A DNA stretch of 32,000 nt, taken from the NCBI RefSeq assembly GCF_000018465.1, contig NC_010085.1, forward strand, positions 420,001-452,000, given 5' to 3'. The position numbers and the translations under genes are program-made. The stretch comes from Nitrosopumilus maritimus SCM1. Its GTDB lineage: Archaea; Thermoproteota; Nitrososphaeria; Nitrososphaerales; Nitrosopumilaceae. Shown in pieces: positions 16,545 through 24,695 of the stretch; the stretch's first letter is position 1, and each line of letters opens with the position of its first letter. The notes under the pieces are model-generated. The model saw only the letters and a list, made by a program, of their open reading frames with translations, was not told the origin of the DNA and searched no databases.

Positions 16545-17374
16545 CAGCATTGGCAACAAAATCTGAAAACATTGAAAAACAGATAATCTCTGATCCTTCT
16601 GACACAATTGATTCTGAAAAATACAAAATGATTGCTGAGAATGTGACAATCAGTTATGATGGAATTCAAGCCGTAAAAAACATCACTATGAAATTTAAAG
16701 AAAAATCCGTTACTGCTTTGATTGGTCCATCTGGATGTGGAAAGACAACTTTCCTTAGATGTTTAAACAGAATGCATGATATGACAAAAAATGCCAAAGT
16801 TGACGGTAAAGTAATGATTGATAACATTGATCTATATGATCAATCAATAGATCCAATTTATCACAGAAGAAAAGTTGGAATGGTCTTTCAAAAACCAAAC
16901 CCATTCCCAACAATGTCAATTTATGATAATGTAACTGCTGGACTAAAACTAAATGGTGTTAAAGATAAGAGAATTCTTGATGAAATTGTAGAAGATTCAC
17001 TAAAGATGGCATATCTTTGGGATGAAGTAAAAGGTGATTTGAAAAAATCTGCAATTGAACTATCTGGTGGCCAACAACAACGTCTCTGTATTGCAAGAGC
17101 ATTGGCAATCCAGCCTGAAGTTCTACTAATGGATGAGCCTGCATCTGCGCTTGATCCTATTGCTACTCAAAAAATTGAAGAGACAATTACTGAACTCAAA
17201 AAAGAGTACACCATAATTATTGTAACACATAACATGCAACAAGCTGTTAGAGTTTCTGATTATACTGGATTCATGTATCTTGGAGATTTGGTAGAGTTTA
17301 GAGAAACAAAGAAACTCTTTACAGATCCTAAAAATGAACTTACTGCAAAATATGTTCAGGGCCAGTTTGGATAA
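16541..17374 (+). CDS. pstB: Phosphate ABC transporter ATP-binding protein PstB
   Basis: Walker [10 protein letters not shown], PstB-typical [10 protein letters not shown], signature LSGGQQQRL, Walker [12 protein letters not shown] and VTHNMQQA are present. TTG start overlaps the pstA stop; an internal ATG (MIAENV...) is an alternative start. Confidence 0.95.
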   Translation: MTALATKSENIEKQIISDPSDTIDSEKYKMIAENVTISYDGIQAVKNITMKFKEKSVTALIGPSGCGKTTFLRCLNRMHDMTKNAKVDGKVMIDNIDLYDQSIDPIYHRRKVGMVFQKPNPFPTMSIYDNVTAGLKLNGVKDKRILDEIVEDSLKMAYLWDEVKGDLKKSAIELSGGQQQRLCIARALAIQPEVLLMDEPASALDPIATQKIEETITELKKEYTIIIVTHNMQQAVRVSDYTGFMYLGDLVEFRETKKLFTDPKNELTAKYVQGQFG

Positions 17375-18033
17375 TGACTCGTTTAATTGATCCATCTTTA
17401 CAAAAACTGTCTTTTATCATGGCAGAGATGGGTGATATGGTAATTGAATCCATATCTCTTGCAATTGATTCGTATCTTGATGGAACAAATACAATGGATA
17501 AAGTCCTTGCATTATCTGATTCTATTCGTTCCAAATACTATGAAGTAGAAGATTTGACTTTTGATATGTTATTGAAATTTCAACCAGTAGCTGATGACTT
17601 TAGATTGATTCGTTCATCAACTGAAATCTCTTATGCATTTTCTAGATTTGGTAGATACGCATATGATATCACCCAAGTACGTGACTTGTTTGGAGATGTT
17701 TCTGAATGTACAAATGCATCCCTAATTGAATCAACAAAAAAAGTAAAGCATATGATCAAAGAAGCAGTAATGTCATTTGCAGAACTTGATGTGAGAAAAG
17801 CAGTTAAAATCCGCGAAGATGAAAAGGTAATTGATCAAATCTACAAAGATAGATTACCAAAACTTATTGAATCAAATAATACAAAATGTGCTCTAGCTGA
17901 AGCATTGCTTTTGAGATATTTGGAAAGAATTGGTGATCATGCTGTGTTTATGAGTGATGCAATCAATTACATCGTTACTGGAAAACACAGACCAAGTGAA
18001 GAAAGAATAGCCTCACACACAAAGTCTGACTAG
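17374..18033 (+). CDS. phoU: Phosphate signalling/transport accessory protein PhoU
   Basis: 219 aa with its ATG abutting the pstB stop. It has the two-repeat helical PhoU architecture with the conserved ERIGDHA motif near the C-terminus. Confidence 0.88.
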   Translation: MTRLIDPSLQKLSFIMAEMGDMVIESISLAIDSYLDGTNTMDKVLALSDSIRSKYYEVEDLTFDMLLKFQPVADDFRLIRSSTEISYAFSRFGRYAYDITQVRDLFGDVSECTNASLIESTKKVKHMIKEAVMSFAELDVRKAVKIREDEKVIDQIYKDRLPKLIESNNTKCALAEALLLRYLERIGDHAVFMSDAINYIVTGKHRPSEERIASHTKSD

Positions 18034-18079
18034 GCGTAACTTGGTTTTTATTCAAGCAAAAATTGGCTGAAATATTCAA

Positions 18080-19159
18080 ATGGAAATACTAGAACTAATC
18101 CAGGCTAATCTTCTTACTCCAATAATTCTTTTCTTCTTGTTTGGAATTATTGCAGCTCGAATAAAATCTGACTTGAAGATACCTGCAGCAATTTCAGAAT
18201 TTTTGCCAATCTATCTTCTAGCTGCAATCGGTCTTCATGGTGGAATAGAAATGCGAAACACTGGATTTGAAAACATGTTGATTCCAATGTTTGTTGCAAT
18301 TGGATTGTCATTGTTGTTTACATTAAATCATTATCAAATTCTTAGACGATTAGGAAAATTCAATCTCTTTGATTCTTATGCACTTGCATCAACATACGGT
18401 GCAGTAGGTGCTGTACACTTTTCAGTAGGCCTTTCATTCTTGAAAAATCAAGGCGTATCCTCTGAAGGATACATTGCAGCAATACTTGCAGTACTAGAAC
18501 CATTAGCATTCATTTTGGCAATTTTCATGACAAACATGGCAGTTGCAAAACAGATCAAAACAAAGAAACAGTCTTTCTCTGATGATTCTACAGAAATCGA
18601 TATTGGATTAAACCAAACAAAAACAAAACTCTCCAAAGTCTTACATGAATCAATCACTGGAAAAGCAATCGTAATTCTTCTTGGCAGTATTGTGATTGGT
18701 TATATCATTGGCAAGGATGGATTTGAGCCAATCAAGATTGTATTTGATGACATGTTTACTGGAGCTATAGTAATTTTCATGATTGAGATGGGAATTATTG
18801 CTGGTCAAAGACTAGATGACATCAAGAAGGTAGGTGTATTTCTTACTGCATTTGCAATAATTATTCCTCTATTCAATGGAACCATTGGTGTGCTAGTCTC
18901 AACTGCACTAGGATTGAGCGTGGGTGGTGCAGTTATGTTTGGATTACTGATGGCCAGTGCTTCATTTATTGCAGCTCCAGCAGTTTTACGCCATGCTATT
19001 CCTCAAGCAAAACCAAGTTTGTATATCACATCTGCATTAGGAATTACATTCCCATTTAACATCATAGTAACATTACCAATACTGTTTACATTATCTACAT
19101 TCCTTCATAGTGGAGAAGGAGCGATAGACTTATTCAATTTCATTACGGAGGGATTCTAA
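18080..19159 (+). CDS. sbtA: SbtA-like permease (Na+-dependent bicarbonate transporter family)
   Basis: 359 aa. It aligns by eye along its length with cyanobacterial SbtA: an N-terminal L..P.I.FF..G...A...S.L.IP.AISE....YLL..IGL.GG..(M)R, a hydrophilic central loop, and a C-terminal S.SFIAAP..LR.AIP.A.PS.Y....LGITFPFNI. The substrate is not determinable from sequence. Confidence 0.75.
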   Translation: MEILELIQANLLTPIILFFLFGIIAARIKSDLKIPAAISEFLPIYLLAAIGLHGGIEMRNTGFENMLIPMFVAIGLSLLFTLNHYQILRRLGKFNLFDSYALASTYGAVGAVHFSVGLSFLKNQGVSSEGYIAAILAVLEPLAFILAIFMTNMAVAKQIKTKKQSFSDDSTEIDIGLNQTKTKLSKVLHESITGKAIVILLGSIVIGYIIGKDGFEPIKIVFDDMFTGAIVIFMIEMGIIAGQRLDDIKKVGVFLTAFAIIIPLFNGTIGVLVSTALGLSVGGAVMFGLLMASASFIAAPAVLRHAIPQAKPSLYITSALGITFPFNIIVTLPILFTLSTFLHSGEGAIDLFNFITEGF

Positions 19160-19461
19160 TGAAACTATACAATGTTAAACTACTAACAATTACTTGTGAG
19201 ATTTTAGCTCAAGAAAATATTATAGAGATTCTCAAAAAACATGAAATCACTGGATATACCACCTATGAAGTTGATGGAAATGGTGCACGTGGTTTACGTG
19301 GCCAAGGATTGAAAACCGAAAAGAATGTCAAGGTAGAAGTGATTATGAGGGAAGAAAAACTACAAGACATTGTAGAAGAAATATCTAGAACTCTATTTGC
19401 AAATTATGCTATTGTTCTTTATGTCAGTGACGTTGGCGTACTGCGACCTGAAAAATTCTAA
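19159..19461 (+). CDS. sbtB: PII-like signalling protein (SbtB-like)
   Basis: 100 aa with its ATG overlapping the sbtA-like stop. KLLTITCEILAQENIIEILKKHEITGYTTYEVDGNGARGLRG and YAIVLYVSDVGVL parallel cyanobacterial SbtB ([50 protein letters not shown]). Confidence 0.75.
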   Translation: MKLYNVKLLTITCEILAQENIIEILKKHEITGYTTYEVDGNGARGLRGQGLKTEKNVKVEVIMREEKLQDIVEEISRTLFANYAIVLYVSDVGVLRPEKF

Positions 19462-19757
19462 CAACAAGAATCATCTGAACACAAAACTGGCATCTTTTTG
19501 CTAGCGTTTGTGACATTTGATATTAATTCTGATAACTGGTTGTTTGAAATTGCATACATTGCCTTTTTTCCTTCATCTCTAGACTTTACAATTCCGCATT
19601 TTTTGAGTGTCTTGAGATGATGTGATACTAATGGTTGATCTTTTTCTAATTTTTCTACAAAATCATTTACACACAATTCTTTGTTTTTTTGTAACAATTC
19701 TAAAATATCAAACCTTGTCTCATCGCAAATACACTTTAGTAGATTGACTCCATTCAT
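19458..19757 (-). CDS. arsR: ArsR-family metalloregulator with C-terminal cysteine cluster
   Basis: 99 aa. wHTH motifs FDILELLQKNKELCVNDFVEKL...VSHHLKTLKKCGIV are present. The C-terminal VLCSDDSCC gives three Cys in the last 7 residues. The gene is divergent from arsC across a 40-bp spacer. Confidence 0.85.
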   Translation of the reverse strand: MNGVNLLKCICDETRFDILELLQKNKELCVNDFVEKLEKDQPLVSHHLKTLKKCGIVKSRDEGKKAMYAISNNQLSELISNVTNASKKMPVLCSDDSCC

Positions 19758-19768
19758 ATCAATTTAGA

Positions 19769-19778
19769 TTTATATAAA
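19769..19778. promoter_or_regulatory. Perfectly palindromic TATA element TTTATATAAA in the 40-bp arsR/arsC divergent spacer
   Basis: The sequence is its own reverse complement. Its centre is about 24 nt upstream of the arsC ATG (19798). A second A/T box, ATTTAT (19784-19789), lies about 27-32 nt upstream of the arsR ATG (19757). Confidence 0.4.
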
Positions 19779-19797
19779 CTGCTATTTATGTGATGAT

Positions 19798-20196
19798 ATG
19801 GAAAATGTGCTATTTGTGTGCGTAGAAAATGCGGGCAGAAGTCAGATGGCTGAGGCATTTTTTCGAAAATATGGTCCTGCAAAATACAATGTGATTAGCG
19901 CTGGCACAACTCCGTCTTCTCAACTAAACCCTGTAGTAGTTGAGGTTATGAAAGAAGTTGGCATTGACATGACTCAACAATCTCCAAAAACACTATCCAA
20001 TGAAATGATTGAAAATTCTTCTAAAACAATCAACATGGGATGCATGGATAAAGAATCATGTCCTGCATTATTTGTAAAAGATGTTCTTGATTGGAATATT
20101 TTAGATCCTAAAGAAAAGTCAATTGATGATGTAAGAGAAATTCGTGATCAAATCTTAAAAGAAGTTTTGGATCTTGTAAAATCCCTTGAGGAATAA
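19798..20196 (+). CDS. arsC: Arsenate reductase, LMW-PTPase family (thioredoxin-coupled type)
   Basis: 132 aa. The P-loop CVENAGRS (CX5R, Cys8) plus Cys82 and Cys88 match the three-Cys relay of S. aureus pI258-type ArsC (Cys10/82/89). Confidence 0.88.
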   Translation: MENVLFVCVENAGRSQMAEAFFRKYGPAKYNVISAGTTPSSQLNPVVVEVMKEVGIDMTQQSPKTLSNEMIENSSKTINMGCMDKESCPALFVKDVLDWNILDPKEKSIDDVREIRDQILKEVLDLVKSLEE

Positions 20197-20198
20197 TT

Positions 20199-20882
20199 TT
20201 GGCGTATTCAAATTTACAGATTTTTACTGTGGAATTAATTGGAACTTTTATTCTTGTCATCTTTGCAACTGGTTCCATTGTTTATGATGCAGAATTTTTT
20301 GATGGACAATTAGGAATTCCATTTGCTGCCATTGCACCATTCATTGCACTACTAATTGGTGTCTATTCTTTTGGTAAAATTTCTCTTGCACATTTCAATC
20401 CTGCAGTAACCATTGGATACTATATCACAGGACACATAACCAAAATTCAGATTTTGTATTATTTTGCAGCTGAAATTATTGGTGCACTATTAGGTTCTCT
20501 ATTTGTCATGAAAGTTATTGGAGAAAAAGCAAATCTTGGAGCCAATGCACCAAACTATGATTTTTCGTTAGGTTTGATTTTTCCAGTTGAAGTATTGGCA
20601 TCTGCAATGCTTATGGGTGTAATCTTCTACGTGGTGTATACAAAAGGACTGAAAGGATTTAGTGGAGTTGCCATTGGTGGAATTGTCGGATTGGATATTT
20701 TGTTTTTAGCATTTATCTCAGGAGCTTCTATGAATCCTGCAAGAGCACTTGCTCCTGCATTACTATCTGGTACTTTTAGTGATTTGTGGCTATATTGGAC
20801 TGCACCTTTTATTGGAACCATGATTGTGGCTTTTCTATTTCGTGGCAAATTCCAAGCCCAACGAGCCTCAAATTACGAATAA
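20199..20882 (+). CDS. MIP-family channel (aquaporin/aquaglyceroporin-like), candidate As(III) channel
   Basis: 227 aa with a TTG start 2 nt after the arsC stop. Six TM segments and two NPA boxes (HFNPAVT, SMNPARA) are present. Confidence 0.88.
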   Translation: MAYSNLQIFTVELIGTFILVIFATGSIVYDAEFFDGQLGIPFAAIAPFIALLIGVYSFGKISLAHFNPAVTIGYYITGHITKIQILYYFAAEIIGALLGSLFVMKVIGEKANLGANAPNYDFSLGLIFPVEVLASAMLMGVIFYVVYTKGLKGFSGVAIGGIVGLDILFLAFISGASMNPARALAPALLSGTFSDLWLYWTAPFIGTMIVAFLFRGKFQAQRASNYE

Positions 20883-20907
20883 TAATAACCAAAATTACTC
20901 TCTCATA

Positions 20908-22182
20908 TTGAGCAATTCTAAACTGTTCTCAGATGCCAAAAAAGTAATTCCTTCAGGCGTCAATAGTCCTGTAAGATACTTTGAACCATATCCATTTTTC
21001 ACAAAAAAAGCAAATGGTGCATACATTTGGGATGTAGACAATAGAAAATTAATCGATTTTTGTAATGGTTATGGTGCTCTACTTTTAGGACACAGAAGAA
21101 AGGAGATTATTAATTCTGTTTCAAAACAATTAACCAAAGGTACTCTTTACTGTACTCCTACTGAAGGAGAAACTGAACTTGCAAAATTAATCATTGGTAA
21201 TTTCCCATCAATTGACAAAGTTCGATTAATGAACACTGGTGGTGAAGCAACAATGACTGCAATCCGATTAGCTCGTGGATTTACAAAAAAGAAAAAGATA
21301 ATCAAATTTGAAGGATGTTATCATGGTGCTCATGATTCTGTTTTAGTAAAAGCTGGATCTGGTTCAGCACACAATGGAATTTCAGTTTCTGATGGTGGAT
21401 TAGATGAAGTATCAAAGAATACTTTGGTGGTACAATATAACAACATTGAAGATTTACAAAAAACAATTCAGAAAAACAAAGACATTGCAGGAGTTATTGT
21501 TGAACCAATTCTTGCTAACATGGGACTGATTTTACCTGAGAAAAATTTCTTATCTGATTTAAGAAAAATTACTAAAGAAAATAACATTCCACTAATCTTT
21601 GATGAAGTCGTCACTGGATTCAGAGTTGCCCCTGGTGGTGCACAAGAACACTTTGGAATAAAACCTGACATTACTACAATGGCCAAAGCATTAAGCAATG
21701 GATTTGCAATTTCTGCAGTTGGGGGCAAAAAGGAGATAATGGATTTACTTTCTCCAGGTGGTAAGGTCTATCAAGCAAGCACCTTTGCAGGCAATCCAAT
21801 ATCAGTTAGTGCTGCAATTGCATCAATTAAGACCATAAACAAACTCAAAAACAAACTATACTCTAAACTTGAGAGATTCAATCTTCTATTTTCTACTGCC
21901 CTTGATGATATGGCAACTGACATGGGAATTCCTCATCAAATCAACTTTACAGCCTCAATGTTCCAGATTTTCTTTACAAACAAGCCTGTTACAAACTATG
22001 AAACATCAAAGAAGGCAAATGCAAAGAAATTCCAAAAATTATTCCGTACACTACTCAAAAAAGGGATATTCATTGCACCTTCTCAGTTCGAAGTAGTCTT
22101 CTTGTCTGATGCACATACTGAAAACGATCTAAACAAGACCCTTGATGCATATCATTTAGCACTAAAATCGGTGAAAAATTGA
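20908..22182 (+). CDS. hemL: Glutamate-1-semialdehyde 2,1-aminomutase
   Basis: The ORF track starts at 20824, inside the MIP gene. TTG at 20908 gives MSNSKLFSDAKKVIPSGVNSPVR..., the canonical HemL N-terminus, and a length of 424 aa. The PLP-lysine region TTMAKALSNG is present. Confidence 0.9.
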   Translation: MSNSKLFSDAKKVIPSGVNSPVRYFEPYPFFTKKANGAYIWDVDNRKLIDFCNGYGALLLGHRRKEIINSVSKQLTKGTLYCTPTEGETELAKLIIGNFPSIDKVRLMNTGGEATMTAIRLARGFTKKKKIIKFEGCYHGAHDSVLVKAGSGSAHNGISVSDGGLDEVSKNTLVVQYNNIEDLQKTIQKNKDIAGVIVEPILANMGLILPEKNFLSDLRKITKENNIPLIFDEVVTGFRVAPGGAQEHFGIKPDITTMAKALSNGFAISAVGGKKEIMDLLSPGGKVYQASTFAGNPISVSAAIASIKTINKLKNKLYSKLERFNLLFSTALDDMATDMGIPHQINFTASMFQIFFTNKPVTNYETSKKANAKKFQKLFRTLLKKGIFIAPSQFEVVFLSDAHTENDLNKTLDAYHLALKSVKN

Positions 22183-23114
22183 AGTACATTGTAGGGGCTA
22201 GAGGAAGTCAATTATCAGTTGCTCAAACAAACTTGGTAATTGCAGAGCTGAAAAAAGCACATCCCGATACAGAATATGAAATTAAAACAATTACAACAAA
22301 GGGGGACACTGATAGTAGACCATTATTTACAATAGACCAAAAAGGAATTTTTGAAAAAGAGATTGATAGAGCAGTTGCACAAAAAGAAGTTGATTTTGCA
22401 GTACATAGTCTAAAAGATGTTCCATCTGAACTAGACGATAACTTGGTATTAGCTTGCATTCCTAAACGAGAAACAGTCAATGATGTGTTTATTTCTCCAG
22501 ACGGTTCCACTCTTGATTCTATAAAACCTGGTTCAGTAATTGGCACAAGTTCACTTCGAAGAGCAGTCCAAGTATCACGAAAAAGACCTGATGTTACAGT
22601 AAAGCCAATTCGTGGAAACATTGAAACTCGAATCAAAAAAGCATCTGGAGAAAACTATGATGCAATCGTTCTTGCAAAGGCAGGAATTTCTAGATTGGGA
22701 GTTGATGTAAAGTATACTGAATTATCAACTGATGATTTTTCTCCATCTCCTGGTCAGGGGGCAATTGCTATTGTTGCAAGAGCAGATGATTCTAAAACAA
22801 TTGAGATGCTCAAAAAGATAGAAGATCCTGATTCTCGTTTAGAAATAGAAGCAGAGCGTGCACTTTCTGACTTTGTTGATTCTGGTTGTAGATTCCCTGT
22901 TGGTGCATATGCAAAGTCTAATGGTTCTGAGATGACTTTGACTGTAACAGCATTTTCTGTTGATGGAAAGCAATTTCTTCACGTAAGTAAAACTGGCGAT
23001 AAAAACAATCCAAAATCTCTTGGTCAAAGTGCAGGAGAAGAATTACGTGAGAAGGGAGTAAATGATCTTGCATTAAATTGGAGAGAAAAAGTGGAGGAAT
23101 GGAATAAGACATGA
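22179..23114 (+). CDS. hemC: Hydroxymethylbilane synthase (porphobilinogen deaminase)
   Basis: TTG start overlapping the hemL stop (TTGA). IVGARGSQLSVAQT, HSLKDVP, GTSSLRR, RGNIETR and the cofactor-loop Cys region (SGCRFPVG) are present. Confidence 0.92.
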   Translation: MKYIVGARGSQLSVAQTNLVIAELKKAHPDTEYEIKTITTKGDTDSRPLFTIDQKGIFEKEIDRAVAQKEVDFAVHSLKDVPSELDDNLVLACIPKRETVNDVFISPDGSTLDSIKPGSVIGTSSLRRAVQVSRKRPDVTVKPIRGNIETRIKKASGENYDAIVLAKAGISRLGVDVKYTELSTDDFSPSPGQGAIAIVARADDSKTIEMLKKIEDPDSRLEIEAERALSDFVDSGCRFPVGAYAKSNGSEMTLTVTAFSVDGKQFLHVSKTGDKNNPKSLGQSAGEELREKGVNDLALNWREKVEEWNKT

Positions 23115-23851
23115 CAGGAAAAGTGTATCTTGTTGGAGCAGGACCTGGTGACAGTAAACTAATCACACTTCGTGCAGTTGAACTATTGAAAAAAGCAGAC
23201 GTTGTATTGTATGATAGATTGGTAAGCAAAAAAATCATCTCAATGATTCCAAAAAAGACCAAAAAAGTCTATGTTGGTCGTGCAGTAGGTGATGATACCA
23301 CTCATCAAAATACTACAAATGATTTGATGGTAAAATATGCAAAATCAAAAAAGAATGTTGTTAGACTAAAGGGAGGAGATCCTATAATCTTTGGACGTGG
23401 CGGAGAAGAAGCAGAATTTCTTAAAGAAAACAAGGTAAAGTACGAAATCGTTCCAGGTATCACTTCTGGAATTGGTTCTGCCACTTATGCTGGAATTCCA
23501 CTCACTCACAGAAAACATGCATCATCAGTAGTCTTTGTAACTGGTCATGAGGATCCTGAAAAGAAACAAGAAATTGTAAAGTGGAAACGACTTGCAAAGT
23601 CAGTAGATACTATCGTAATTATGATGGGATTATCTAGAATCAATATTATCTGTAAACAACTCATTGCAGGTGGAATGGATAAAAAAACACCTGTTGCAGT
23701 AATTCAAAACGGAACTACTCCTAAACAAAAAATGATTAAAGGAACTGTTACAAACATTGCAAAAAAAGTCAAAGAAAATAAAATAACTCCTCCTGCTAAT
23801 ATTATCATTGGAAATGTTGTTGATTTGTCAGAAACTATTGGGTGGAAATGA
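23111..23851 (+). CDS. cobA: Uroporphyrinogen-III C-methyltransferase (SUMT; precorrin-2 forming)
   Basis: ATG overlaps the hemC stop (ATGA). VYLVGAGPGDSKLITLRAVELLKKADVVLYDRL, RLKGGDPIIFGRGGEE and VPGITS are present. Confidence 0.92.
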   Translation: MTGKVYLVGAGPGDSKLITLRAVELLKKADVVLYDRLVSKKIISMIPKKTKKVYVGRAVGDDTTHQNTTNDLMVKYAKSKKNVVRLKGGDPIIFGRGGEEAEFLKENKVKYEIVPGITSGIGSATYAGIPLTHRKHASSVVFVTGHEDPEKKQEIVKWKRLAKSVDTIVIMMGLSRINIICKQLIAGGMDKKTPVAVIQNGTTPKQKMIKGTVTNIAKKVKENKITPPANIIIGNVVDLSETIGWK

Positions 23852-24654
23852 TGCTTGATGGAAAGACTATAGCAATCACTCGTTCATCTGATGATGCTTC
23901 TGAATTTATCTCTCTTGCAGAACAAACCAATGCAACACCAATAGCCTTACCGACAATTGAACTTGTTAGTAAGGGTGAGAAAATTGTTGATGAGTTTCTG
24001 GATTCTGTAGAAACATACAATCCTGATTATTCTGTTTTTATGAGTTCAAAGGCTGTGAAACTACTCTTTGATACTGCAAAAGAATCAGGAAAACTAGAAA
24101 CCCTTCAATTGGCAATTGCAAATACCATTGTAATCTCTGTTGGTCCAAAAACAACCATTGCTCTTGAAACACAAGGCATCAAAGTTAATCATCAACCTGA
24201 AAAAACATTCTCTTCTGTAGGTGTTGGAGAATTATTTACGCAACTCAATGCAGTTGGGAAAAAAGTTATAGTGCCTAGAAGTGGTGCATCTACACCATTT
24301 CTCAAAGAATTACTAAACAAAATTGGAATAGATGTATCTGAAATTCATCTCTATGACGTATGTGCATTTAGAGATACATCTCAATGGAATGGATTTAGAG
24401 AATTATTCTCACAAAACAAAGTTGATGGTGTGGTGTTTACGAGTGCATCCTCAGTTCGAGGATTCTTTGAGATAATGACTAAAGATTATGATGAAAATTC
24501 TTTATTAGATAATCTAGCCAAACTTTCTGTAGTTTCCATCGGACCATTCACTTCTGATGAATTAAAGAAATTCAAAGTTAAGAATACCGTTGCTGAGGTT
24601 CATACTGTTGCGGGTGCCTTTGAAGCAATGAAAAATACTCTTACCATTGCATAA
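23848..24654 (+). CDS. hemD: Uroporphyrinogen-III synthase
   Basis: HemD-like two-lobe pattern (KTIAITRS..., VVFTSASSVRGFFE). The ORF track starts at GTG 23842; I prefer ATG 23848, which forms an ATGA overlap with the cobA stop. Confidence 0.8.
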   Translation: MMLDGKTIAITRSSDDASEFISLAEQTNATPIALPTIELVSKGEKIVDEFLDSVETYNPDYSVFMSSKAVKLLFDTAKESGKLETLQLAIANTIVISVGPKTTIALETQGIKVNHQPEKTFSSVGVGELFTQLNAVGKKVIVPRSGASTPFLKELLNKIGIDVSEIHLYDVCAFRDTSQWNGFRELFSQNKVDGVVFTSASSVRGFFEIMTKDYDENSLLDNLAKLSVVSIGPFTSDELKKFKVKNTVAEVHTVAGAFEAMKNTLTIA

Positions 24655-24695
24655 TTAATGATCAAATTCTAATACTTTGAAATTCCTTTCAAATC

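Noticed and set aside
20824-20907. 5' extension of hemL overlapping the MIP channel gene.
   Set aside because: The extension encodes an Asn/Gln-rich junk peptide inside the MIP 3' end. TTG at 20908 gives the canonical HemL N-terminus and typical length.
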